IMG/VR virus record: IMGVR_UViG_3300009103_001673
Span: 1 to 58,347 of that record
Source of the DNA: a virus
Lineage: Duplodnaviria > Caudoviricetes
DNA: 58,347 bases
Strand: one strand, 5' to 3'
The notes below the pieces were generated by a model. That model saw only the letters and a program-made list of their open reading frames with translations, searched no databases and had not been told where the DNA came from. The position numbers and the translations under genes were made by a program. Below, in pieces: positions 36,603 to 49,500 of the stretch. The first letter of the stretch is position 1, and each line of letters starts with the position of its first letter.

Positions 36603-39600
36603 ATGGGAGTTATTAGAACTGCAAATGGGCATCAGACTTCCCTATTGGTGCGGCAACATGTTCCTGAATTTGTTGTAGCCGACCATCCACAATTTATTAA
36701 TTTCGTCGAAAAGTATTATGAGTTCATGGCAAATAATACTTTGATGGCCACAGCTAATTCTGATGTATATTATTATGGTGCAGATACCGCATCAAAGATT
36801 TTGCAAGATATTATGGATGTTGACAGAACAGATTTTGATCAATTTATAGAGTTCTTCAGAAGACAATATGGATATTCGTTTCCTCAAGACGTATATCCTG
36901 ATGGTAACAGAGCAACTCTTTATAAAAATATGGTTGATTTTTATCGTGCAGTCGGTACAGAAGATTCTTTCAAGATGCTTTTTCGGCTTTTGTATAATGA
37001 AGATATTGAAATTTATTATCCAAGTAAAGATATTTTAATTGCCAGTGGTGGAAAATATAGCAAAGGAACACGAGTCAAGGTAAATTATACTGATAATTTA
37101 AATGCAATTAAAAATAAGATGCTTGTTGGGGTCACATCTGGAGCAACAGCAACCATAGAAAAGGTTGTGGTTCTTCCTAAAGGAAGTGATTCGTTTGTCA
37201 GTGGAAATATAGCAAATGATGATGTGACATTTGCCAGTGGTGTTGGTGTGGACCCCTTTGCAAATTCAGAAATTCATGATACCATGAAATTTGTGGAACA
37301 TGGCACTCAAGTTGCATTCATATATTTGACTGATTCTGTGGGTAAGTTTGATTATTTTGAAGATGTTTATTATACTGAAGGTGGTGCCGCAAATACTTCT
37401 GTTGCATCAAACACAATTATACTTCCGTCTATTAAACAAATTATGATGATTGATAGGTTTAATTATAGAAGCGCAAATTCTATAATTTCGCCTTTTGATG
37501 GAAAAATGGGAAATCGTCGTGCAGATAGCACAAATCCTCCTTGGGGATCAGCAAATCTCATATTTGGTTATTCGGCAAATGGCGGATATCATGGAGATTA
37601 TATCAATTACGGAAATACTGGAATTTGGCATACCACAGGAACCGGGACAGGAGAAATAAAAATAGCAAATATTGTTTTTGGTGCTTCTGGTGGAAGAGTT
37701 TTAGAGATTGGAAATAATAATGTTTCGACAGCAAATGGAGATATGCGACAATTTGTATATTCAAAATTAATGGGAATTCGTGGCGAAGATAATCTTTATC
37801 GGTTGTCAATACGAGCAAGAGATTTGGGCGGAAATTCTTCATATTCTGTTGCAACCGGAAATCGGTTTTCGGCAGGAATTGCATTGTTAGACCATGCTAG
37901 ATATATTCTTGGTGCAGATGGATATGCAGATTCTTATGATGAGGCTTTTTGGTTTGCTTCTCACAAGCAAGCCATAGATGATGAATTTTATATTTATCAA
38001 ACATATTTTAGGGGAAGAGAAAACACGCGGTCAACAGGAAATCCATACTTGGCAACCAATTATGGCAGCGGCGGAAGAACCGACCTTCCAATCAAAGATA
38101 GATATTATAATTCGGCACAAAAAGCACTTGATGGCGAAGTTCGGATGCCATTTAATGCCACATATATTCTCCCGACGTTTAAGGTAAATGAACCTGCAAA
38201 TGGGGCATCTTTTTCTCAGGGAATAACACAGATTGATTTTATCTCTCTTGAAGAGATGACACCAATGCAATCTCAAGAAGGACGTAGAACTGGTTTTTAT
38301 ACAGACGATTCAAGTTTACTTTCTAGTTCTTCTCATTTGTATGACGGTCATTATTGGCAATGGCACGCATATGATATTAAATCAAAGCAACAATTAAAGG
38401 ATTATGCTACAGTTGTCCGTGAGTCGGCGCATCCTGCTGGAATGAAAATGTTTGGAACAATGATTTCTGAAAGTTCTGCAAATGGTGCAATTGAATCAAT
38501 CGAAAATAACTTATCAGACACCTTCTCTCCAGACCAATTAAATTCTCTTGCAGGATGGTGGAAGGCAGATGCCATTGGTCCGAAAAATATTGAATGGCGT
38601 AAATGGTCTGCCGATACCACTTCCAATGGAGATTTTGGAACCATCAAAAACAGAATACCTGCTGGTGCCACCGATGGGTTGTCTAAATTTGAACCCAGTA
38701 CCCTTGATTATCTTGAGAATTATAAAGATCAGACCGTCAGATGTTTGCTTTCTTTTGAAGCCGACAGTTCTCCGATAGGCGGAAGTCAAATTGCAAGGGT
38801 TACTGATTGGCATACGTCAGCTGGCCCAAGTGTAACTTTTAATGGGGGACCACAATCGGGGATTACCACAACCCAGGACACAGATCAATTTTATACAAAT
38901 TATCATTGGCCAATGGTAATAGAACCACATAAAAAGTGGTTGTTTAGTACATATGCAAGAACCAGTAATATTATAACAGATGGCTCTGCCGACAGACACA
39001 TAGTCAGAGCAGGATTTCAAATTTCTAACACTTCAGGGCATTTATATAGTCCTATCTCACAAGGATCTTATAGCGAAGCTGCCGATGCCGAAAATACATG
39101 GAAAAGGGTGTCATCTCTGATTGATGCGTCTGCACGACCGGAAACAAGAGTTGCATTACATCTTACTCTTCCAGACAGAACAAAATGGGCAGATCTTGGT
39201 TTGGCAACAGGAAATACTACCACAGATTTTGATGGTTTTATGATTGAAGAATATATTCCAGAACTTCATGGAACCAGCGCACCATATACACCATCTCCTT
39301 TTGTTGTCCCTGGAATGGGCGGGTCAAATGTACACACATGGCGAGATTATAGCCCAAACAAACATCATCTTCATGTAAATACTCATGGCGGAATTTTTCA
39401 TCATCCACAGTGGATTGCCAATGCAGTTGGCGGAATGCCTGCCGTTCGTTTTTCGGCAAATACAGTAAAGAATAATGCCAATGTGTATCCATTTAGTTCC
39501 ATTGGCGGAACAGTAAATTCGATTGCACTGAGTCTTGGAGATTCAACGGCATTTATTCCTCCGACTTCTGGTTTTCAATCAAGTCCAGTTTCAAATTCAG

Positions 39601-41717
39601 AGTATGGGGTGTTGGGTGGAACTCTGGCCAATCCTGCTCTGCCAATACCAGTTTCAAATACATGGACAATCATGGCAGTCGTCAAAACAAATCTTGGAGT
39701 CAATGCAACATCCTATGACACCACACTGAACCCGACTATTTTCAATTCTGGTTATGCCGGAAATAGAGATTCAATTGCTCATGTTCCCAACAATTCGAGA
39801 GGAAGTATGCATCTCGGATATGATGTTGTCGGAGATGTTGGTGCATTGGAAACCACTATTCCTGTAAATACATATCAGGTCATTCAAGCCAACACTGTTG
39901 CAATAACAACTTTTGCTCCTCATTCTTCTGCAAACACAGAGAGTTCATTTAGAATTGTTGGCGTGTCAGTAAATGCTGCATCTGGTGCCGGGTTTGGCGA
40001 TCTTCTCAATTTCCACATAGACGGAAGAAGATTTTCAAATTCAGAAGTGAACAATTCACGATCAGATTTGAGTCTTGCCGCATTCGATTGGAGATCGCAA
40101 AACAACTTTGTGACTTCAATTGGGAAGTGGAAGCCCACACGAAAGGCATTTTTTCCGTTTCCTGTATATCCAGAAGCCAATGGAATCATGGGAGTCGGAG
40201 CAACAGGGAATTTAGTATTCTTTGTGAATTGTTCCAATACAAATATTCTTCCGACACAAACAGAATTTGGGCCACTGGGTGATGTGCAGCTATTTAATTC
40301 AGGAGGTGTTGATTTTGTTGCTCCTCATACTTCAACCGGAAACAATACAGTAAATGGTTCGGTTATTCCTCTTGCGGCTGTATCAGGAGTTGGATCATCA
40401 GGAGATTTGAACTTTGGTATTCCATATGGAGACAGCAGTTTATCAATATTTACACCATATGAAGGTATCACACAGGTATCTCAAGTGGTAGGAACTGGAA
40501 ACACCGATGCCTATCTTATGTATTCACACACAAATGCTGTTGCAAGATTTGGTATAGCCGAAGGAGAAGTCAGCACTTCGGCATTTGGAACTCATAAACA
40601 TATTATTCCAGTTGAATGGGATTCTGCAAATAATTCATGGTATGCCATATATAACGCGACCATCAAGACACCTGCTCCTTATACTGGTACGATAGGCGTA
40701 CCATTTGTTCCTGATGCAGCCAATGGAGATTTTATTGTTGCCAGATTGAGAAAAACTATTGGACTTTATGGAATCACTGATTTTGAATCTTTTGTGTTTG
40801 CAGCTAATTCTGAAAATCAGTCGTATACCGCAGGAGGAGAGCCTGGAAATTCTTTTGTTATTGCTGGTCTTAGTGAGTTCCGTAATGCAAAGAGAGAAGA
40901 AAAAGTTTTGTCAGAAAGAGCCTATTTGTCCAACACATATAATGATATCATAACAGGAACCGCAGATTGGGATGGAGATATTGCCGAGGTTCTTGTATTC
41001 AACGAAAAACTTTCAAATACAAATATTGCTTTGGTGGAAGGATATCTTGCACACAAATATAGTCTTCGGGAAAACCTGAAGCACAAGGATGACGACGGAA
41101 ATGGTGGCCCAGAAGTCGAGGCATACCGATGGGAGTTTGCAAATACACATGATGGTTGGGATTTCTATGTTGCAAATACTATGGACGGATATACACACTT
41201 GCGACATGCCGAAATTGAGTATGGGACTAGTGGGTCGTCCATCCCAGAATATGTATGGACCGCAGGTGATGCAAATAATTATTTGCATATAGCCAGTCCA
41301 GATTTTGATGGATTTGGTTCTATTGTCATGGTTCAAAACACAACAACACAAATTGATGCATCTGCATATGATAAATTTGCTGTTCGTTTTCGGACGTGGG
41401 GCCCGGCGCGGGCAGATGAAGGTCGAGGTTATTTGACATGGACAAATACAGATGGCATAACAGGCAATTCAGATGCAATAACTACAAGTCAATATGGTAG
41501 TGGATGGCAAGAAGACCATATACATGATCTTTCTGGAGAAGCAGATTGGACTGGAAAAATAACAAGTCTCAAATATACCTTTGATTATGATGAATCTGGG
41601 GGAACAAGATATTATATTGACTATGCATATATCTCAGGAAACAATCATCCTCATCCATATCGTTGGAATGCTCCTCCTGCCATTGGCGCAAACAACAGTT
41701 GGCATGTCAACTACTAA
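36603..41717 (+). CDS. gp7: Baseplate wedge initiator gp7-like protein with lectin/LamG-like accessory domains
   Basis: PEFV..DHP.F..F...YYEFM, FYRAVGTEDSFKMLFRLLY, HPAGMKMFG; LamG-like WWKAD...GDIAEVLVFN...VEGYLAHKY. Confidence 0.8.
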   Translation: MGVIRTANGHQTSLLVRQHVPEFVVADHPQFINFVEKYYEFMANNTLMATANSDVYYYGADTASKILQDIMDVDRTDFDQFIEFFRRQYGYSFPQDVYPDGNRATLYKNMVDFYRAVGTEDSFKMLFRLLYNEDIEIYYPSKDILIASGGKYSKGTRVKVNYTDNLNAIKNKMLVGVTSGATATIEKVVVLPKGSDSFVSGNIANDDVTFASGVGVDPFANSEIHDTMKFVEHGTQVAFIYLTDSVGKFDYFEDVYYTEGGAANTSVASNTIILPSIKQIMMIDRFNYRSANSIISPFDGKMGNRRADSTNPPWGSANLIFGYSANGGYHGDYINYGNTGIWHTTGTGTGEIKIANIVFGASGGRVLEIGNNNVSTANGDMRQFVYSKLMGIRGEDNLYRLSIRARDLGGNSSYSVATGNRFSAGIALLDHARYILGADGYADSYDEAFWFASHKQAIDDEFYIYQTYFRGRENTRSTGNPYLATNYGSGGRTDLPIKDRYYNSAQKALDGEVRMPFNATYILPTFKVNEPANGASFSQGITQIDFISLEEMTPMQSQEGRRTGFYTDDSSLLSSSSHLYDGHYWQWHAYDIKSKQQLKDYATVVRESAHPAGMKMFGTMISESSANGAIESIENNLSDTFSPDQLNSLAGWWKADAIGPKNIEWRKWSADTTSNGDFGTIKNRIPAGATDGLSKFEPSTLDYLENYKDQTVRCLLSFEADSSPIGGSQIARVTDWHTSAGPSVTFNGGPQSGITTTQDTDQFYTNYHWPMVIEPHKKWLFSTYARTSNIITDGSADRHIVRAGFQISNTSGHLYSPISQGSYSEAADAENTWKRVSSLIDASARPETRVALHLTLPDRTKWADLGLATGNTTTDFDGFMIEEYIPELHGTSAPYTPSPFVVPGMGGSNVHTWRDYSPNKHHLHVNTHGGIFHHPQWIANAVGGMPAVRFSANTVKNNANVYPFSSIGGTVNSIALSLGDSTAFIPPTSGFQSSPVSNSEYGVLGGTLANPALPIPVSNTWTIMAVVKTNLGVNATSYDTTLNPTIFNSGYAGNRDSIAHVPNNSRGSMHLGYDVVGDVGALETTIPVNTYQVIQANTVAITTFAPHSSANTESSFRIVGVSVNAASGAGFGDLLNFHIDGRRFSNSEVNNSRSDLSLAAFDWRSQNNFVTSIGKWKPTRKAFFPFPVYPEANGIMGVGATGNLVFFVNCSNTNILPTQTEFGPLGDVQLFNSGGVDFVAPHTSTGNNTVNGSVIPLAAVSGVGSSGDLNFGIPYGDSSLSIFTPYEGITQVSQVVGTGNTDAYLMYSHTNAVARFGIAEGEVSTSAFGTHKHIIPVEWDSANNSWYAIYNATIKTPAPYTGTIGVPFVPDAANGDFIVARLRKTIGLYGITDFESFVFAANSENQSYTAGGEPGNSFVIAGLSEFRNAKREEKVLSERAYLSNTYNDIITGTADWDGDIAEVLVFNEKLSNTNIALVEGYLAHKYSLRENLKHKDDDGNGGPEVEAYRWEFANTHDGWDFYVANTMDGYTHLRHAEIEYGTSGSSIPEYVWTAGDANNYLHIASPDFDGFGSIVMVQNTTTQIDASAYDKFAVRFRTWGPARADEGRGYLTWTNTDGITGNSDAITTSQYGSGWQEDHIHDLSGEADWTGKITSLKYTFDYDESGGTRYYIDYAYISGNNHPHPYRWNAPPAIGANNSWHVNY

Positions 41718-41723
41718 TTGGAG

Positions 41724-41731
41724 TATAAATA
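41724..41731 (+). promoter_or_regulatory. T4 late promoter consensus
   Basis: Exact TATAAATA in gap before gp8. Confidence 0.75.
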
Positions 41732-41764
41732 CTATATAGTATTGTTATCATAGGAGAATAATCT

Positions 41765-43516
41765 TTGCCTGCACTTCTCGGAAAAAAACTTAGCGTATAC
41801 AATGCAAGAGCCTTTGCGAGCATGTTTGCAACTGACGTTGAGTCGTTGTATTTGTATGTTGGAAGAACTCAACCTTGGGATGATGATACTTCTCCTCCTA
41901 CACCAGAAGATACTCCTGCATATCACAATTCTATTTGGGATAAGATGGCAGGAATGATTCGTGTTCAGCCGGGCCATGTTTCTCTTGGAATTAAAAGAAA
42001 TGATTGGACTTCTGGGACTGTCTATGAAAGATACCACCACGACAACACATCATTAGGGTCTAATTATTATGTTCTTGCAGGAATTGGAAATCGAGACGTA
42101 TATAAATGTCTTGATAATAATGGCGATTCTCCTTCTACATCAAAACCAAATCATAAAAATTTTGGAGCAACAAGAGAACTTGATGGATATGCATGGAAAT
42201 ATATGTATTCCATCCCAGATACCAGATTTAAAAAATTTGCAACAGCCAATGTAATTCCAATTTTCTTGAATAGAGATGTTCCTGCATTTGCAAGCCCAGG
42301 AACCATTATTCATCTTCCAATATCTGCAAATAATACCACAGGAATTGGTTCCTTTTACAGAGGACTTGGGCATGTCAATACAACGTATTCAACAAGCGCA
42401 GTAAATGCAACAATATTTACTACTGTTCCTGCCAATACAACAGCACTTCAACTTAAAGTTGTTGCAAGTTCAGGGTTTGCGCCTGTACAAAATTATTATA
42501 CTAATTCTGCTTTTATGATTACGTCAGGAAAAGCCAAAGGAACATTCAGAAGAATTGTTGCATCATATCCATTTGATAAGTCCTCTGGATCAAATCAAGA
42601 TGCCGGTGGCCCAAATCAAGATGTGTCAAGCAATTTGGTTTTATCTTCTGTTGTCAGCAATATTGCAAATGGTGATACCTTTATGATAGGTCCGTTTGTT
42701 ACAGCTAACCGTCGGATAGGCGGGAGGGGATTTTTGGCAATTGGAAATACCAATAGATATGGAAATATTACTTCAATTTCTGTAGTTTCAAGTGGTTCTG
42801 GATATGCAAATGGATATTCAAATGTTACAATTCAGGGTGATTATCATCAAACGTCAAATGGCCCAACAGTTTATCCAGACGGTTCTGGTGCAGATGTTGA
42901 ACTTATTATTCCTCCATCTGGTGGCGGCCACGGACAAAATGTAGCAATGGAACTTGATGCCAAGTATGTTATTGTTGCTCCTGAAACAACTTTAGCCAAA
43001 GATCATGAAACTGGAAGATTTGTTGGGTATGGAAATGATTACAGACAGGTTGGATTAGTAAGAAGCCCAATGGAATCCAAGACAGGAGGCACTATTGCAT
43101 ATAGAACTTCTTATGATTTAAGAACAACCATATATTTTAACACCCCATCACCACTTGGTTTTGTGAAGAATCAACGAGTTTATAATACATTAACTGATGA
43201 TTTAAACAATGTTTCTGGTTTAGTCTTTAGTATTTGTGGAGATTCGACCCGACAATATCTTTCTTTGACTGATGTAAATGGTCAATTTGCAAATGGCGAC
43301 ATTTTGTATAATAGACTTGGAGATTCTTTTACTATTTCATCTGGTAGTCTGGGTAATTATGAATATCCACTTAATAGTGGAGAGCAGCCAAAAAGTTCGG
43401 TAATTAATAGTGGAATTGCTAAATATACAGGAGAGATATTATATCATGAAAATATTTCTCCAATAACAAGAAGACTTGATCAAAAAGAAGAATTTAAATT
43501 TATTTTTGAATTTTAA
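41765..43516 (+). CDS. gp8: Baseplate wedge protein gp8
   Basis: DWTSGTVY..Y, VYKCLDN, DGYAWKYMY, YRQVGL, GEILY.EN..PITR..DQKE. Confidence 0.9.
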   Translation: MPALLGKKLSVYNARAFASMFATDVESLYLYVGRTQPWDDDTSPPTPEDTPAYHNSIWDKMAGMIRVQPGHVSLGIKRNDWTSGTVYERYHHDNTSLGSNYYVLAGIGNRDVYKCLDNNGDSPSTSKPNHKNFGATRELDGYAWKYMYSIPDTRFKKFATANVIPIFLNRDVPAFASPGTIIHLPISANNTTGIGSFYRGLGHVNTTYSTSAVNATIFTTVPANTTALQLKVVASSGFAPVQNYYTNSAFMITSGKAKGTFRRIVASYPFDKSSGSNQDAGGPNQDVSSNLVLSSVVSNIANGDTFMIGPFVTANRRIGGRGFLAIGNTNRYGNITSISVVSSGSGYANGYSNVTIQGDYHQTSNGPTVYPDGSGADVELIIPPSGGGHGQNVAMELDAKYVIVAPETTLAKDHETGRFVGYGNDYRQVGLVRSPMESKTGGTIAYRTSYDLRTTIYFNTPSPLGFVKNQRVYNTLTDDLNNVSGLVFSICGDSTRQYLSLTDVNGQFANGDILYNRLGDSFTISSGSLGNYEYPLNSGEQPKSSVINSGIAKYTGEILYHENISPITRRLDQKEEFKFIFEF

Positions 43517-43527
43517 AAGGGAACCTC

Positions 43528-46500
43528 ATGCCTATCGACTTTAATAGATATCCGTATTATGACGACTTTACAGAAAGTAATTTGTATTATCGGTTGTTGT
43601 TTCAGCCAGGACGAGCAGTACAGGCGAGAGAATTAACTCAAATACAATCACTTCTTCAAAGTCAAATTGAAAAATTAGGGCAACATATTTTTAAGGATGG
43701 GGCACTAGTATACGGTGGAAAAATTAATTATGATAAAACCAATACCAAGTGGTTAGCCGTCAAGGCTCAAGACAGAAATGGAAATCCTGTTAGAATTCGT
43801 GATATATCTCCTGGGATGATTATAAGAAAAGTAACTGATTCTAAGTCAACAGATAATGAATTTCAAGGTACAATTCTTTCAGTTATTCCTGCCGAGGGTA
43901 ATGACCCCAATACTATTTACTTTAAGTGGACTTCAAATTCTCCTGAAACTGAGGAAACCGAAGGATTTCTTGGAAGTGAAATTTTACAAATATGTGATGC
44001 CGTAAAGGGCGTTGAACGATATACAGTTACTACTTTAGATCCAGATACTAATGGAAGATCTATTCATTATGGGACTTGTTCGACCATAAGTGTTGAACCC
44101 GGAATATATTTTTGGAAAGGTCTTTTTGTTAATTCTCCTGGCGGAAGTATAAAGCTAGACAAATATTCTGATATAACAACATATCGTGTTGGGTATGTTG
44201 TGTCTGAACGAATTGATACAGAAGACCCACGAAGTCTTGATCCATCACAGCATACATCAAATTATTCTGCTCCAGGCGCAGACAGATATAAAGTAAGTTT
44301 AGACCTGACTAAAATTGGTAATGGTCTTACTATGGATGAAAGAATTGTTCCTGATTTTATTGAAGTCGCAAGAATTGATGTTGGAAATTTATTAACTTCT
44401 GAAAATGGTCTTGGTCGCGACATATATGCTATTCTTGGTGATAGATTAGCACAAAGAACATATGATGAAAGTGGAAATTATATTGTTGATGGATTTGATA
44501 TAAAACTTACGAACAGAACCACAGCAGATAATCCAAAGCTGGTTGCAAAAATGTCAAAGGGTGTGGCATATGTTCGTGGATATAGACATACGTTAAATTA
44601 TGGAAATATTGTTGGTGGGCCTGATGGAATAGACAAGGGAAGAGATGTACTGCAAGAGGATATGAATATATTAAATCGTTATGGTGATAATTTTCTTGCA
44701 GTTTATGACGAAGCAAATACTGTTTCCACACACCCAGAAAATGCAAATGGCATGTTTGTTGTTGGTTCTGGCGCAGGGCAATATACTTCAAATTCATGGT
44801 ATGGAAATCGTGGAGAAGCAGTTTCAGTTCATTGTGTTCCACAACAATTGGTCAAAGATTATTCACTCGCTGATCAATGGAAATGGGAATCTACTTTGGT
44901 CGGAACTGCTCGACCAATTCAAATGTGTTATGATATCACACGGACTAAGGCATCAATAGATGCAGGAAGAACTGGAATGGTCTATGACCTTTGGCTTGGT
45001 GATTTCAAGAGTTCTCCAATTTCAAACACAACATCTGTCACAAACATTATTGCTGATGTGTCTGCATATGCAAATTCCACGTTTACGGTTTTTCATTTTG
45101 ATTCACAAACGCATGGAATTACAGCAAACGATAGAATCAGCACATCCGGCGCAATTGCTTCTGATTGGAATGCTGATTTTCTTCCAATACATTCAACAAA
45201 CTCAACCGCAGTTATTATTGGTGGAGTAGTGACAAGTGTTGCTTCTCCTTCCTCCAGAGCACTTACTCTATATCGAACAACAGGAAATACCAGCCCATAC
45301 AAATCAATCGTTCTTGATACAGATTCTTCTGCTGCATGGAATGGTTCTTATATTGGAGCAACCATTAAGGTTGGTAATTCGACACCACACAAAATTATTG
45401 ATTATATTGGGACAAGTTCTTCTGCCGAAACCAAATATAATACCAGATATGGTTTTTCAAAGAGAGGCATGGCAATACTTGATACTGCACTCGAAGAACT
45501 TCCAAAGTATGGAGATGCCTATACGTTAAATTTGAATATGAAACAGGCCAGGTCTGTTGTTTATAATCAAAACAAATCGTCAACGGGCGCCGAACAATAT
45601 CCTGCGATTTTAAATCAGGCATGGAACGTTGATCCAATTAGTGGAGTTACTGGTGGAGATAGGGGGTTATTGGTTGACGAAGTATATGGCGGAAGAATTG
45701 ATGGTGATGCCATCTATAATAGGCACGGAGAATCTGCTGATGGTGAAGATGCGCTTTTGTTTTCAACAGAAAGGTCTGCCGCAAAATCCTTATTGACACA
45801 TGGGTCACTAGATGGAGGCTTGACCAGTAATACAGAAATTATTTATACTGAATATTCTTCTGTTCTTTGTGGGTCTACTGGCGTTGGCCAAGTTTTTACT
45901 ACTCCTGTTAGCGGTAACTATAAGTTCTTTGGTCGTCCAAAAATTTATCCATACGATTCAGGTTCTAGTACGGTATCCAATATAAACCAAATTAAAGAAA
46001 ATTTCGCTCTGGTCAACAAGACCACAGGAAAGGTTTTGACGAGTGCCATAACTCAAATTGTTGTTGTAAATGGCACTTCGCCTACTCTTACAGTAACACT
46101 TCCGGCTGCTGTTCAGTTTACAGCAGGGCAAGAGTATGTTTTGAATTTTCCTGTCAAAGCCGAATTTGCAGAACCTGCCTACAAGAAATTAATAAAGGCA
46201 AATACTACGCATTCACTAGTTTCTACTTCTATACCGGCTGATGGTGTTTTGACAGATTATGACAATGGGCATGTTCATATTGCAGAAGGAGATTATGCAA
46301 ATACTTCTGGCACCAGAATTTCTCTTCGTAAACCAGATGGATTTAAGTTGCATAAGGTTGTTCATCAATTTAAAAATAATCAGGCAAATACTGACATTGC
46401 AAATTCAATGTTGAATGTTATTGATAGATTTGATTTTGATACAGGACAACGAGACATGTTCTATGATAATGCTTCTATTATCCTGAAACCTGAAGTAGAT

Positions 46501-49500
46501 ACTCCTACCGGAAATCTTATGATTATTTTTGATCGTTTTATGCGAATGGATAATCCAAAGGGAGAGTCGCCATCAGAAAATATAGATTCCCCTGGTTATT
46601 TTTCTGTTGATTCGTATCAATATACAACAGATCTGACGCTTGATCATTCGCCTAGTCAGGCTGCATTTACTCCGGGTATGAATGTGGTAGGAAACACTTC
46701 GGGTGTTTCTGCATATGTCATGGATTATGCCAACACGAGCGGAAGTGGTGCATATGCAAAGATGAGAGTACAAGATGTTGCTGCGCCTTCTGGCGTAACC
46801 CCTTCCTTTATTGTTGGCGAGACAATTGATGGCTTTAACAAAGGGACTGGCGCATTAATTTCTGGTAAAATCGTGTCAATTGTTGAAGCCGATTTGAAGT
46901 ATAGTGAAATTCCTGACTACAAGAGTCGTGGCAAAGTTGTATATCCGCTTCGCAATAAACTTGATTTCCGTGCCTATGTATCTTCAAATGGTAGAGTGAG
47001 CGATACGATTTCAGATTCAATTATGCCGCCAATTCCAACTCGTTCGAGCATCAATGCAGGAAGAATTTCGGAAATTCTTTCTGGGCCAGCAAGTACCCCA
47101 ATGACCACAAGCATTAAATTGGATCATTTTGCCGGAAGAATTGATAAAGTGGTGTTGACGGATTCTGGTACTTATACTACCATCAGGGGAAATCCGGCAG
47201 TTACTCCATTTCCGCCAAGGGATGACCAAGATGATAAGGCATTGACCTTGTTTACTTTGCAAATACCTCCGTATACATTTGATCCCAAGCATGTGCAAAT
47301 AAAAGAAAATACTGCACGACGACACACAATGAAAGATATTGGTCGGCTTGCAAAGAGAGTAGAAAACCTAGAATATTATGTTTCGTTGAATGCCTTGGAA
47401 AAGGCTGCCACTGATTTGGATATTACATTTGCCGATGGAACTTCAAGATTTAAGAATGGAATTGTTGTTGATAACTTTGCTGGATTTGGTGTCGCAGATA
47501 TGGAAAATCTTAAAGCTTCTTTGGGCAAGGGAGTTCTTCGTCCACCTGTAAAAACATATGATGATTATGATGCTCCAGGGAGCATTCCATTGCTTTCATA
47601 TGCAGTTGATGATAATTCAGATCTTAATCGAGGCACAAGAAGATATTATACTGTAGACGGAGATCTTGATGGAATTGGAGATGTAATTACATTGGACTTT
47701 ACAGAAATGCCTTTAATTACTCAGCCCGTTGCCACAACAGCAGAAAGCGTCAATCCATTTGACCTTCAAAATTTTACAGGAGAAATAATATTGACTCCTG
47801 ATTTTGATAGATGGATGGATGTTGAAAAAATTCCTGAATATAATTCATTTTTGAATGGTGTTCTTGATAATATTGCAGGCGTGGATGAAAATTCCACAGC
47901 CACCGAAATTTCAGATGCCATAAAGAGCATGGATGATTTTTGGTCAGATATTATGGGAACCAATAAACTTGGTGAAAATATTGAAGGTACAGTTTTTTAT
48001 AATCCAGATGAAGACTTAAACACACAAACATATGCAAAGAATATTGAATTGGGCAGTGTCCGAGATCAATATTTGAATACTGCCACGATTGATGCCGCAA
48101 TTGCTCAACATGGATTAACAGATGGATCAACTCAAAATATTAAAATTCTTCCTTACCTACGATCAAGAGATGTTATTGTTCATGGCGAAGGCCTAAAACC
48201 AAATCATCGTAATGCCATTCGATTTGATGGTATTAGTGTTGAATCATATTTTGGTCAAGCAAATAAGATTTTTATGGTATACAATCCTTTGACTGACACC
48301 AAGTTTCAGCCGAGCGTGGATGGCAGATATGAAAAAATTAAATTAGAAGGTTCGGGTGCCGTTGCAAATGCTGTTCTTATTTCAGTAAGAGAACCATACT
48401 ATCGGGATTCGCAGACAGAAGGGACAAATAGAATTATGGTAGGATATATTGTTCCTGAATTTGATGCAGAAACCGGAAAGGTTGATTATACCAATCGTGT
48501 TGATGGATATTATGGAACTGGATGGGATGCCACTAAAATTGCATCGGGTGGGTTCCAGGGATATTCTGCCAGAACAATTACAGGATATAATACTGGAGCC
48601 ACGGCAAGCTTAACGGTCGGAGGAACCCAACACCTATATAATGGGCATTATACAGGAAGTGTACGAAATTCTACAGGAAATACAACTCACATTGAATTGT
48701 CACCTGATGCTCGTAGATATATTGATGGGAATTTTAGAAAAGAGTCTACGGGCGCTGCAACTTCTTCTATGATTAATTTTACTGGTATCCCTTTGAATTC
48801 CAGAATACAAATTGTTTCTGGTGCCGGGGCTGGCCAAGAATGTATAGCAAATGGTCTGATATATACAACTTCTGGTGGTTCTCCGGTTCTTGAATTAAAA
48901 GCCTCTGCTGCCGGAAGCACTGGATTGACACAAAATATTGATTCGACTAGTGTATATACCATTGGAATGAAACAAGTCAATCCAACAGTTCATGATTATG
49001 GAGTCACACAAATTGCAGACATTACTTCAAAAACAAATCATTATGGAGAAAAGATTGGTGTGCTTCATATTCCATCTACTTCAAAGGTATCATTTACTGC
49101 TGGAAGAAAGCTTGTAGAAATTATGGACAGGTTCAGTAAGGAAGAATGGCTGGTCAGTAGTTATGCTTCTGCATATTATTTTGCCGAAGGAACTGAACGA
49201 GAAGAAGTTGAAGCAGCACATGTGAGATTAGACCTTTTGAAAGAAATTAGAAGTAAAATGAATTTGTTTAGAATTAGTGACCACCCAGAAGATCTCGGAT
49301 ATGTTCCTGCCAGTAATTTGATTGATGGAGCAGAAGGAAAATTGGCAGTTTGTTATGGAATTGAAGTTGCAAATGGAACATGGACGGCAAAAGCAACACA
49401 TGATATTGACTATATTGAAGGTGGTGGTGAATTTGGAACAATTAATGACACAGACCAAGAAAGATTGAATACTACATTGACAGGAGTTTGGGCACTCATC

